From positions 85,003-149,002 of the forward strand of contig CAWFFJ010000016.1 in the NCBI GenBank assembly GCA_963814875.1: a DNA stretch of 64,000 nt, given 5' to 3'. This DNA is from an uncultured Acidobacteriota bacterium. Its GTDB lineage: Bacteria > Acidobacteriota > Thermoanaerobaculia > Thermoanaerobaculales > Sulfomarinibacteraceae. A program made the position numbers and the translations under genes. Below the pieces are notes generated by a model. That model made no database searches, had not been told where the DNA came from, and worked only from the letters and a program-made list of their open reading frames with translations. Below are positions 19,734 through 28,790 of the stretch, piece after piece (positions within the stretch are counted from its first letter, which is position 1; every line of letters starts with the position of its first letter).

Positions 19734-21089
19734 GTGATCCAGGATCGGAAACTCTGCGTGAGGACCGTCGGTCTCGTTGTGTTCTGCCTCGCCTACTTCG
19801 TGGGTGCCGCGCCGGTGATGGCCCAGCAACTGAAGCTGTTTCCTGCGCAGGGTCCACAGAGCGGCGCGCCAACGCCCTTCCTTGATGCCTGCTTCAACCT
19901 CAGCCAATGGGCCTATCCGAGGGCGTACACCACCCACCTGGGAGTGTACGACCGCATCCTCGCAGACTATGCGGACTCTCATCCGACGCAAGTGTCGAGC
20001 TGCTTCAGCCAGCTGGATACAGCCGGAATCCAGTTCGCGATGGGCACCGGGGCATTGAAGGAGTGGTGTACCACTGCCCAGGACTGTTTCAACGCCGAGG
20101 AGCCTGACTGGGACAGCCTGACCACGCTGGGCGGCACGATCGCCATGATGGAGTTGGATGAGCCTCTGACCGCCGTATTGATGAACCCGGATTGGCCACT
20201 CAGCCGGGACTACAACTACGCGGTTGCCCAGACGGCTGAGTTTATCCGACTGGTTCGGCAGAAGTACCCGAACGTTACCATTGTCGAGCAGGAAGCCTAC
20301 CCAGCCATTTCGGCCTCGGTCCTCGAATCATGGGTGCGAGACCTGAAATCGCGGTGCATCGCCATCGGCACGAGGCCGCCTGACTACTTCGAACTCGATC
20401 ACGACTGGCACGCACCGTACGGCTCCGGGACGTTTCGCTGGAACTGGTACGACATCAGCAACATGAAATCCGTGTGCCACGGCATAGGCGTCGGCTTCTC
20501 GGTGATCTTCTGGGCCGCGGACGCTTCCAACTCCAACAGCGACTCCGATTGGTACAACGGCGTCATGTACCAAGGGGCCATGTACCAGATACACGGCATC
20601 ATGCCCGACTACTACTCGCTCAATAGCTGGCTGAACATCCCGCACGTGACGGTACCTGGAACAACCTGTTCGTCAAGCTTCATGGGCACTGCGTATTCGT
20701 TTCTGACCTGGTCGTACTTCCCCCACTGCGCAAGCGGCGGCCCCGACTGCATGAGCCCAGGACAAGTGTTGGAGCCCTACGAGTCCGTAGAGTCGGCGGA
20801 CGGGCGGTTCGTCTTCGTCTATCAGGGAGACGGCAATCTCGTCCTGTACGACCAGTCGTGGACACCCCACTGGGCAAGCAACACTGCCGGTACCAGCCTG
20901 GGAGTCGTTGAGATGCAAGGAGACGGCAACCTCGTCTTGTACGATGCGAGCTGGACGCCCAGGTGGAGTTCACACACTCACGGGAACCTCGGGAGCCACC
21001 TGGCGGTCCAGAACGACGGGAACGTGGTGGTGTACAGCCCAGGCGGCCCGCCGCTGTGGGAAACCGACACGGACGGCCATTGCCCCTGA
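19734..21089 (+). CDS. Secreted protein: uncharacterised N-terminal domain plus C-terminal bulb-type (GNA) lectin domain
   Basis: GGAGG RBS; signal peptide; three QxDxNxVxY motifs (QGDGNLVLY twice, QNDGNVVVY). Confidence 0.85.
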   Translation: MIQDRKLCVRTVGLVVFCLAYFVGAAPVMAQQLKLFPAQGPQSGAPTPFLDACFNLSQWAYPRAYTTHLGVYDRILADYADSHPTQVSSCFSQLDTAGIQFAMGTGALKEWCTTAQDCFNAEEPDWDSLTTLGGTIAMMELDEPLTAVLMNPDWPLSRDYNYAVAQTAEFIRLVRQKYPNVTIVEQEAYPAISASVLESWVRDLKSRCIAIGTRPPDYFELDHDWHAPYGSGTFRWNWYDISNMKSVCHGIGVGFSVIFWAADASNSNSDSDWYNGVMYQGAMYQIHGIMPDYYSLNSWLNIPHVTVPGTTCSSSFMGTAYSFLTWSYFPHCASGGPDCMSPGQVLEPYESVESADGRFVFVYQGDGNLVLYDQSWTPHWASNTAGTSLGVVEMQGDGNLVLYDASWTPRWSSHTHGNLGSHLAVQNDGNVVVYSPGGPPLWETDTDGHCP

Positions 21090-21415
21090 TCCTCGACGGT
21101 TTTGGCGGAACGCGGCCGGGGATGGTTCGCCAGCCGATGGGGCGTAGCGGCCGCGCTGCGAAATCGAAGTTGCGCCAAAATGGGCAGAGAAGCCTCGCAT
21201 TCCGCTTGAGGGGGCTCGGCGATTCGAGGCGACGGCGTTGGAGTTCGGCAACGTCGGTATCGGCAGCCTTCGACGTGGGCGCCTGTCCCGGCTCGTGTAA
21301 GCTCTCGCGGCACGGCGTTCAGGTAGTATAGAGAACTGTCGTCGCCCGCGCGTTGGGAGGTTATGTGGGAACGTCATCGAGCAACTCCGAGATCCGCGCC
21401 GCTGGGCTGAGCACC

Positions 21416-22516
21416 ATGCCCGCGTTGCGGGACTGGGCTGCTCACCTCCTTCGTTGTCCTGCCTGTGGAAAACGCGGGCCCTCCGCATCAGCGAGCCCAG
21501 ACGAGGTGCGGTGTGCCTCTTGCGGCAGGGCGTTCTCGACCTCAGAGGGCTTGGTTGATCTGCTCGTGGAGCCGCACCCGGTCGTCGCGCGCGAGCGAGC
21601 AGCTGTGTTGCAGCTCGACGAAGGGGACAAGTCAAGGGAAACACGGTTGGCGCCTCGGCTCCGACGCCTCCAAACAGGGGGCCTGAGTGATGCCGATCTT
21701 GCGGAGTTCCCGTGCTTGCGGCACGCCTCAGAGTCCTTGGCGCAAATTCGGGAGGTCCTCCAGCGTTTCCCGCTCGCGCCTGGCGATGTGGTGGTCGAAC
21801 TCGGAGCGGACCACTGCTGGGCAAGCGGACTTTTCCTCGATGCAGGGTGTAAGGTCCTTGCTCTCGACATTACGAACCACCTCGCGTTGGCGCCCCGAGG
21901 TGACGATCCGGATCTTTGCCGCATCGTTGCCGACATGAATGACATTCCAGTCCAGGACGGCCACGTCGACATCGTTTGGGCCACCGCTGCTGCTCACCAT
22001 TCATGGAGTCTCCAGCGGACGTTGGCTGAGGCGTCCCGCGTTCTTCGGCCCGGAGGGCGGCTGTATCTCTGCTGTGAGCCGATGCCGTCGTGGTTGCGTT
22101 ACCCTCTCGGGCGGTCGTTCGGCCGGGCACAGCGCGATCTCGGGATCAACGAGACGTGGCTGTCGCGGCGAACGTGGCTCCGCGCCGCCACACGCGCCGG
22201 CTTCGCGGCGCGTATCGTCTTTCCCACACTTGACAGACACGCCGTCCAAGAGAAGCTCCTGTCCCGGCGGATCCCTGCCGCAGTCGCGCCGATAGCAGCT
22301 CGCTTCCTCAGACTCCTCCAGGTGTCTGTGCACCTCATAGCAACAAAGCGGTCTGAGGGTTTCGCCGATCACGCCCGTGAGACTGGTTGTGCATGGCGCC
22401 TCGCCACGTCCACACCTCGACGCTACGCACCGCGGAGCTGTGAAGAACATGCGTCCGCTGTCCTGCTGGCGGGGAACAGATTGGCCGCTACCGGGTCGGG
22501 TGATGGCACGGCGTAG
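21416..22516 (+). CDS. Class I SAM-dependent methyltransferase with N-terminal Zn-ribbon
   Basis: LRCPACG...CASCG; VVELGAD; LDI; RVLRPGG. Confidence 0.8.
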   Translation: MPALRDWAAHLLRCPACGKRGPSASASPDEVRCASCGRAFSTSEGLVDLLVEPHPVVARERAAVLQLDEGDKSRETRLAPRLRRLQTGGLSDADLAEFPCLRHASESLAQIREVLQRFPLAPGDVVVELGADHCWASGLFLDAGCKVLALDITNHLALAPRGDDPDLCRIVADMNDIPVQDGHVDIVWATAAAHHSWSLQRTLAEASRVLRPGGRLYLCCEPMPSWLRYPLGRSFGRAQRDLGINETWLSRRTWLRAATRAGFAARIVFPTLDRHAVQEKLLSRRIPAAVAPIAARFLRLLQVSVHLIATKRSEGFADHARETGCAWRLATSTPRRYAPRSCEEHASAVLLAGNRLAATGSGDGTA

Positions 22517-22753
22517 CGAAAACGATCTAGACCCCTTCGTCCAGAGGATGCTTCGTGATCCCTCTCACGACCTTGGAGGCGGCGCTCCGCGGCGTCGCGC
22601 TTGTGGGCGCAGTTGTCGCTGCCTTCCTGTCGGGTCCAGCCGCGGCGGCGCAGGCGCTTATTTCGGTCGAGGCGCTAGGGAGACGCCGGGGGCGTTCGCC
22701 TGTGAGCAGCCGCTGTCTTCAGTCTGGCGGAGGCTGAGCGCGAAGAGGCGTGC

Positions 22754-23035
22754 GTCGGCGCGGGCCTTCCACCGCATCCTCCGGGTCGCGAGGACCCTGG
22801 CCGACCTCGCCGATGCCGAGCGCGTTGACGCCGCACACATCGCTGAAGCGGTGGCCTACCGCGCGCTGGACCGCGCCACGGGAGCCGGTGGAGCGATCCG
22901 TGCTGCCGGATGACCCGCGAACGCTCGGGAGTTAATACAATGGGCCCGTGGTGGTGCACGCGACCGGAACGGAGCTTCTCCAGCGGGTGCTCGGACGTGA
23001 CCTGCGGCAGCCGCTATGGCTGACGCGCGAGGAGG
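22754..23035 (+). repeat. 282-bp direct repeat, copy 2
   Basis: Matches 19163-19444. Carries an orphan comM C-terminus (SARAFHRILRVARTLADL...AAG*) and the real start of the 773-aa gene. Confidence 0.95.
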
Positions 23036-25269
23036 CTGCCGGAGCGTGGATCTCCGTGCTTCCCGAGCTCGCGCGCCTCCCGGCGCCGTACCCGATCTAC
23101 GGCCAGGACGAGGAGACGGTCCTGACCTACGGTTACCCCGTGCTGGTCCCCCCGGCCCTCGAACAGCTCCGTCGCGAGCTCGAAAGACATCTCGTGGTCG
23201 AGGTCGACTTCCGCCTTGCCGACAACGCCAACGAGGCGGAGGGCAAGCGCGAGGTGATGGTCCACCGCGAGCACAGCCTGCGCTCGCTGACGGCGATCTT
23301 CGAAAACGTCCTGCTCAACGACTACGGCCGCGGCCTGACCGAGGTCCTGCTCCTGTTCCTGTCGGGTGAGTTTTCGCGCCTGCTGCAGCGCGTTCCCGCC
23401 GTGGCGAGAGCGCGGGACACGGCGCCCGGCGGTCCCCAACAGGGCGAGGTGATCCGCTGGGCGGTCGCAGCGGCCTTCGCCGACCTCCTGCAGCGAGCCT
23501 TCTTCGCTGCCGGCGACGAGCTCAAAAGGCTCGCGTCGGTGGCGGCTCCGGCCCCGCCGGCGCTGCTACCGGCCGTGTGCCAGGACCAGCTGCTGCTCGT
23601 CGAATCCGTTGTCCCACCGGACATCGAGCCCCTGGCCGAGTACGTTCGCACCAGACTGCGCTGCGATTGCAGCGCACTGGTCGCCGCCCGCGACACCGCC
23701 TTCGCCCGCCTCCGCGAGGTGCTCGATCGTGTGCCCTCCTTCGCGGGCGTCGTGCACATGGCGCTCGGCGCTTCCGTGGCCCTCGACCGCCCCCAGGTGC
23801 TGCACGACTCCCGCGTGATCGAGGCCCTGCGCCGGGCGGGTCTGACCGAACGGATCGGCCTGTCAAACCGCGACGCCCAGATTCTCGGGGAGCTCGGCCA
23901 GCGGCTCAAGCGCTTCGAAGTGCTCGCAGCGCTGCGCCGACGGGTGCTGACGGTGCTAACTGACGGGCCCGACCTCCGCCTCGTCTCCCGCACGGGAAAG
24001 GTCACCATCTCGCACTCCCTGCGCCCGTTCGACTTCACCCGCCCCGGGGTCGTCGACACCGCGGTGAAGCGCTTCGGGATGATCTACGACCTGACCAACT
24101 TCACCGCCCTGCTCGAGGAGGTACGCAAGCGCGGCCAGTCTGCTGAGGAGAAGGCGCTACGCTTCATGTTCGCGTTCTTGAGCCGGCTCGACGAGATCCG
24201 CCGGCTGCGGCGGCTGACCTTCGAGAAGTTCCTCGGCGACGGCGCCTTCTACTCCTCTCGCCGTGCGCTGCGGATGATCGCGGCGGCGTGCGAGATGCAG
24301 CAGGTCTACGACCAGCTGCGCAGTCGGGGCTTCCCCTTCGACCAGGGCATCCGCTGCGCCATGAACTTCGGCTCCTACCGACTGCTGCCGCTGCCCGGGG
24401 ACGACGAGACCTCGCGGTTCGAGTTCTTCGGCCACTCGGTGGTCGAGCTGGTCCGGCTGACGACCGGCAAGAGCGTGCGCGAGGTCGACGAGATCGCCGA
24501 GTTCCTGGTCCACTCCGGTTTTGACCCCGCCCAGGTTGACGCCTTCCTGGCACCCCTGGCCACGGCTCGCAGCGGGCGCCGGGAGCTCGTCGGTCAGCCG
24601 TACCCGGCCTGGATCGACGCCCACGGCGTGCTCGTCAACGAGGGCATCGTGCTCAGCGTTCCGTTCCTCGACGAGCTCAGTACGGAGCTTCGCGAGCACA
24701 GCCCGAAGGTGATTGAGGCCTGGGACCAGCCGTGGGCGGTCTTCCCGACCGACCCGGGCAAGAGCGACACCCTGTGGTTCGGTTTGCGCTACCTCGGCGT
24801 CGCTCGCCTCAAGGGACTCCCGCCGCTCGAGCTGGTGGCGGCAGTCACCTGGCCGGAGCTCCCCGCGGGGGCCCGTCCTGCGCCCCAAGAGCGGAACCTG
24901 CTTGAGCTGCTGCGCCGGCTCGACGCCCAGCGCGTGTCGGAACCGTCGGCGCCGTCGGCCACGGTTCCCGACGACCTGGTCGTGGTCACCTCCTTCGACG
25001 ACGCCGGCCGCCGAACCTGGATCTTCGGGGAGTACCGGAACCACGACGACGTGCTGCTGCACTCGATCCAGATCCCCCTGCGACCTCCGGACCTCGAGCG
25101 TGGGGAGCCGCTCGAGATGTGGCTCTTCCGCCATCGCGGTGAGCTCGCACAGCTTTACGATACCCTGCGGCGCGAGACCTCCGGACGCACCCAGCCGCTC
25201 GAGAGTTTGCGCCACCGCAACAGTTACCTCGGCTGCTACCTTGCCGCCCCCCACCGCTCCCCGGGGTAG
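22948..25269 (+). CDS. Large protein with central class III nucleotide cyclase-like domain
   Basis: IYDLTNFT, EKFLGDG, GIRCAMNFG, FFGHSVVELVRL. Confidence 0.65.
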   Translation: MVVHATGTELLQRVLGRDLRQPLWLTREEAAGAWISVLPELARLPAPYPIYGQDEETVLTYGYPVLVPPALEQLRRELERHLVVEVDFRLADNANEAEGKREVMVHREHSLRSLTAIFENVLLNDYGRGLTEVLLLFLSGEFSRLLQRVPAVARARDTAPGGPQQGEVIRWAVAAAFADLLQRAFFAAGDELKRLASVAAPAPPALLPAVCQDQLLLVESVVPPDIEPLAEYVRTRLRCDCSALVAARDTAFARLREVLDRVPSFAGVVHMALGASVALDRPQVLHDSRVIEALRRAGLTERIGLSNRDAQILGELGQRLKRFEVLAALRRRVLTVLTDGPDLRLVSRTGKVTISHSLRPFDFTRPGVVDTAVKRFGMIYDLTNFTALLEEVRKRGQSAEEKALRFMFAFLSRLDEIRRLRRLTFEKFLGDGAFYSSRRALRMIAAACEMQQVYDQLRSRGFPFDQGIRCAMNFGSYRLLPLPGDDETSRFEFFGHSVVELVRLTTGKSVREVDEIAEFLVHSGFDPAQVDAFLAPLATARSGRRELVGQPYPAWIDAHGVLVNEGIVLSVPFLDELSTELREHSPKVIEAWDQPWAVFPTDPGKSDTLWFGLRYLGVARLKGLPPLELVAAVTWPELPAGARPAPQERNLLELLRRLDAQRVSEPSAPSATVPDDLVVVTSFDDAGRRTWIFGEYRNHDDVLLHSIQIPLRPPDLERGEPLEMWLFRHRGELAQLYDTLRRETSGRTQPLESLRHRNSYLGCYLAAPHRSPG

Positions 25270-25273
25270 GGAC

Positions 25274-25444
25274 AAACCACAGAGACACGAACGCGGGCTT
25301 CGCCCGCCTCGCAAGAGGCAAGACGAGCATCGGGCACGGCTTGGTGCGAGCGCGCTCGTAGGACGGTTTGAATCGAGCCGCCCTGCGGACACGATGCCGG
25401 ACGTCTCGCGTCTCGCGTCTTGCGTCTCGGGTCTCGCGTCTCGT
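25274..25444. repeat. Octamer tract plus inverted heptamer repeats between convergent genes
   Basis: AAACCACAGAGACACGAA; GCAAGAG GCAAGAC at 25311-25324; six GTCT(C/T)G(C/G/T) heptamers at 25403-25444. Confidence 0.75.
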
Positions 25445-25455
25445 GCCCGTGTGGC

Positions 25456-27432
25456 TCAGTCCTGCCGAACGGCGTAGACGGTGACCTCGCCGAAGCGCGC
25501 GACCGGGGTGCAGGCCTCGGCGAGGAAGCGTTTGAAGAGCTCGCGCCGCGCGGCGGACCAGGAGTAGAGACCCGCTTCGTGCTCGCGCCGCCACTCGGCG
25601 GCGTCGAACGCCACGTGGCTGATGCCCAGGGCCGTCACCGTGCGCGCCACCTCCGCCACCGAGCCCGCACCGGCGACCACACGCTCGGCGACCGGGGGAT
25701 CGCAGCAGCTCGAGAACACCGCCGGCCGCTCGAGGTAGAACGGCCCATGCAGGCCGACCAGCAGCACGCCTCGAACTGCGGCCTCGGCGTCGAGCCAGTC
25801 GTACACGTCCTGAGCGCGAGCTGAGCGCCGCAGGTAGTCCGTCGTACCCTGGGTGCCGATCAGGTATCGGACCGGATCGAACGTGACGAACGCCGTCACG
25901 GAGATGATCACGAGGTTCGCCGCGACCGCCCCTGCCAGCAGCACGAGAAAGGCCCGCCTGAGCCGGGGCGAGCGCAGCACGTACACCTCGGCAGCGGCAG
26001 CTCCAACCACCGCGAGCACCGCCAGGCACGTGAGCAGCGAACGGACCTCGGTCTGGATGGCCAGCCATGCCGCCACCGAGCCGAGGAGAAAGACCTTGAG
26101 CGGCGCCGTCCCGCGTGAGAGGCCTCGAACGAAGGCGAGAGGGATCAGCAGCAGCGGCACCATGCCGGTGTGGACATCCATGATCCGCGGCTTGAGCGCG
26201 ATCCGGAACGGGAACAAAAGGTAGGTCGTCCAGGTCCAGTCGGGCATCTCGAACCGCGTCAGGGTGCCCCGGAAGTAGTGCTCAGCGGCCGGGTTCCACA
26301 ACGGGCTCGCGAAGAACCCGTTGAGGAACGGAAACACCGGGTTGCCGGTGAAGGCCCAGTTCTTGGCCAGCCACAGCGTCGAAATCGCCCCGACCGGCAC
26401 TGCGAAGGCGACCAGGTGCCGCACACGCCAGCGCCAGCGCAGCACGCCGGCAACGGCCACCGGGACCAGAGCCAGGGCCACCATCACGAAGGTGTACTTG
26501 GTCCACGAGGCGAGCCCCGCCATCACGCCGGCCTGCACGAGGACGGCGGCGCGGCGCGCGGCCGGGTCCTCGAGGTGGTAGTCGACGATCCCGTGGAACA
26601 TGAGCACGAGCAGGAGGACGAAGGTCGCGTCGTTCCACGCCCAACCGAGGACTAGCGCGGCGACCGGCATCGAGATGTAGAGCGCGGGAGCGAGCACGCG
26701 GCTGCCCTCGGGCGCGACCCGGGCGGCGAGCCTGGCGATGGCCACCAGGAGGGCGAGCCCGAACCAGAAGTGCAGCGCCTTGCACGCCACCGGCCCGGCG
26801 ATGGGGAGCACCAGCATGAAGAGGTACTCCATCAGGCCCGGGTAGTTCGACTCGACGAAGCCTGGCAGGACCTCGATGCGGCCCAGTGCGAGGTATGCCT
26901 TGGGCACCAGCAGGTGGAACTCGAGCGCGTCGGTGGTGGTCGCCGGAGCCGCCAGCATCGGGACGACCGCGGCGAGGCTCAGGGCGATCACAACCAGTGC
27001 GGCAATGCCGACCCAGCCGGAGGGTGCGGCGGGCAGTCGCGGTGGACGACGCACGAGCTCGACGGCGGCGAGGGCCAGCCCGAGCCCCAGCCACGCAGCG
27101 GCCGCCGGCCGGCTCATGACCCCGGCGAGGCCGAGGACGAACACCATCACGGCGCTCAGCCCGGCGCCCACGGCGATGGCAGCCAGGCGCTCGTCGGTCC
27201 GCGAGGTCTGGGGCATGAGGCGCCGCACGAGAGGCGCTCCGAGCCCCAGGAAAGCGACCACCACCAACCCGGCGAGACCTACCGGGGCGAGCCGCAGCAG
27301 GGCCGTGTGCAGTGGCGGGTTCCAGGCAAGGTAGAACCCGAGGGCGAGGGCGAAGGCGGCCAGCCAGACGACCGGGAGCAGCGGCCCGAGCGGACCGCTC
27401 CGCGCCGGGTGCTGGCCGGCAGGCTCGATCAT
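25456..27432 (-). CDS. Polytopic membrane protein, GT-C glycosyltransferase-like
   Basis: Many TM helices; DALEFHLLVPK, SNYP, WTKYT, NWAFTGNPVFPF. Start overlaps the radA stop. Confidence 0.75.
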   Translation of the reverse strand: MIEPAGQHPARSGPLGPLLPVVWLAAFALALGFYLAWNPPLHTALLRLAPVGLAGLVVVAFLGLGAPLVRRLMPQTSRTDERLAAIAVGAGLSAVMVFVLGLAGVMSRPAAAAWLGLGLALAAVELVRRPPRLPAAPSGWVGIAALVVIALSLAAVVPMLAAPATTTDALEFHLLVPKAYLALGRIEVLPGFVESNYPGLMEYLFMLVLPIAGPVACKALHFWFGLALLVAIARLAARVAPEGSRVLAPALYISMPVAALVLGWAWNDATFVLLLVLMFHGIVDYHLEDPAARRAAVLVQAGVMAGLASWTKYTFVMVALALVPVAVAGVLRWRWRVRHLVAFAVPVGAISTLWLAKNWAFTGNPVFPFLNGFFASPLWNPAAEHYFRGTLTRFEMPDWTWTTYLLFPFRIALKPRIMDVHTGMVPLLLIPLAFVRGLSRGTAPLKVFLLGSVAAWLAIQTEVRSLLTCLAVLAVVGAAAAEVYVLRSPRLRRAFLVLLAGAVAANLVIISVTAFVTFDPVRYLIGTQGTTDYLRRSARAQDVYDWLDAEAAVRGVLLVGLHGPFYLERPAVFSSCCDPPVAERVVAGAGSVAEVARTVTALGISHVAFDAAEWRREHEAGLYSWSAARRELFKRFLAEACTPVARFGEVTVYAVRQD

Positions 27433-28785
27433 GCGCCCTCCCGCGAAACGAGACGACCGAGGTCGCTCACGCGCCGGATCGGCTCGGCCGGGAGCACGAG
27501 CTGGGCCGCGGCGTCCCGTCCGGCGACGGCGACTCTGCGGAAGCCCAGTGCAGCCGCCTCCCGCACGCGCTCGGCGGCGCGGCTCACGCCCCGAACCTCG
27601 CCGAGCAAGCCGATCTCTCCGAAGACCGCGAGGTCCGCCGGCAGGGGCCTGTCGGAGGCCGAGGACACGAGGGCGGCGGCGACCGCAAGGTCGAGGGCGG
27701 GCTCGGACAGGGCGATCCCTCCAACCAGGTTGACGTAGACGTCGCGGTCCGCAAAGCCGAGGCCGGCGTGGCGCTCGAGCACGGCGAGCAGGAGGGACAG
27801 ACGCGAGCCCTCGAACCCCTGGGCGACGCGGCGCGGCGTGCCGAGGGCGGACGGTGCAACCAGAGCCTGGACCTCGACCAGCAGCGGCGCCGTACCCTCG
27901 AGCGCCACCGCCACTGCCGAGCCCGGTGCGCCGGCCTGCCGATCCTCGAGCAGCCACGCGGACGGGTTGAGAACTCCCTCGAGCCCGTGCTCGCCCATCG
28001 CGAACAGCGCCAGCTCGGCGACCGTGCCAAAACGATTCTTGGCGGCGCGCAGCAGCCTCAGGTCGTGACCCGGCTCGCCCTCGAGCGACACCACCACGTC
28101 GACCAGGTGCTCGAGCAGCTTCGGGCCGGCGATGGTGCCCTCCTTGGTCACGTGGCCGACCAGCACCACCGGAACGCCGCCGGTCTTGGCCCAGGCCTGG
28201 AAGCGCGCCGCCACCTGCCGCACCTGGGCGACCGAACCGGCGAGCGCGTCGAGCTCGTCCACCACCATGGTCTGGATCGAGTCGACCACGACCACAGCGG
28301 ACGAGATCGTGCGCAGCTGCTCGAGCACGGCCTCGCATGAGGTCTCGGCGAGCAGGAGCACGTCCGGGCCCACACTCCCGGTTCGCCGTGCACGCAACGC
28401 CACCTGCTGGGCCGACTCCTCGCCGGTCACGTAGACCGCCGGCGCGCCCGGACGCGCCATCGCGGCGGCGACCTGGAGGAAGAGGGTCGACTTGCCGATC
28501 CCCGGCTCGCCGGCGAGCAGCACCAGCGAGCCGGCGACGAGCCCGCCACCGAGGACCCGGTCGACGCCGTCGATCCCGGTCGCCGCGCGCGCCGCCGGGG
28601 AGACCGCGGCCTCGCTGACCGGGACCAGCGCCGCCCGCGGTCTCAGGTCCGTAGCCTGCGCGGGATCTCGGCGCCCGCGGCTGCTCGGCGAAGCTGTTCC
28701 ACGCCCCACAGCCCGGACACTGGCCGATCCACTTCTTCGACTCATGGCCGCACGAGGTGCAGTAGAACAGGACCTCGCGCTTCAC
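27429..28785 (-). pseudogene. radA: DNA repair protein RadA/Sms with one frameshift (real or sequencing error)
   Basis: The Zn finger CTSCG..WIGQCPGCGAW lies in one frame; GEPGIGKST, DSIQT and KNRFG lie in another. The switch falls near 28640-28690. Confidence 0.85.
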
Positions 28786-28790
28786 CGGGG

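Larger units (their letters stand above)
19445..22753. mobile_element. 3.3-kb inserted island between 282-bp direct repeats; no integrase gene
   Basis: Flanking duplication, visibly more A/T-rich sequence and accessory gene cargo. Confidence 0.7.

Noticed and set aside
19445-22753. Integron cassette array (GTTAGGC near 19625; inverted repeat at 21100-21180)
   Set aside because: No intI gene and no convincing paired R/L boxes.
22377-22913. Second comM gene
   Set aside because: Only the last ~52 codons are duplicated; the upstream part is unrelated island sequence.
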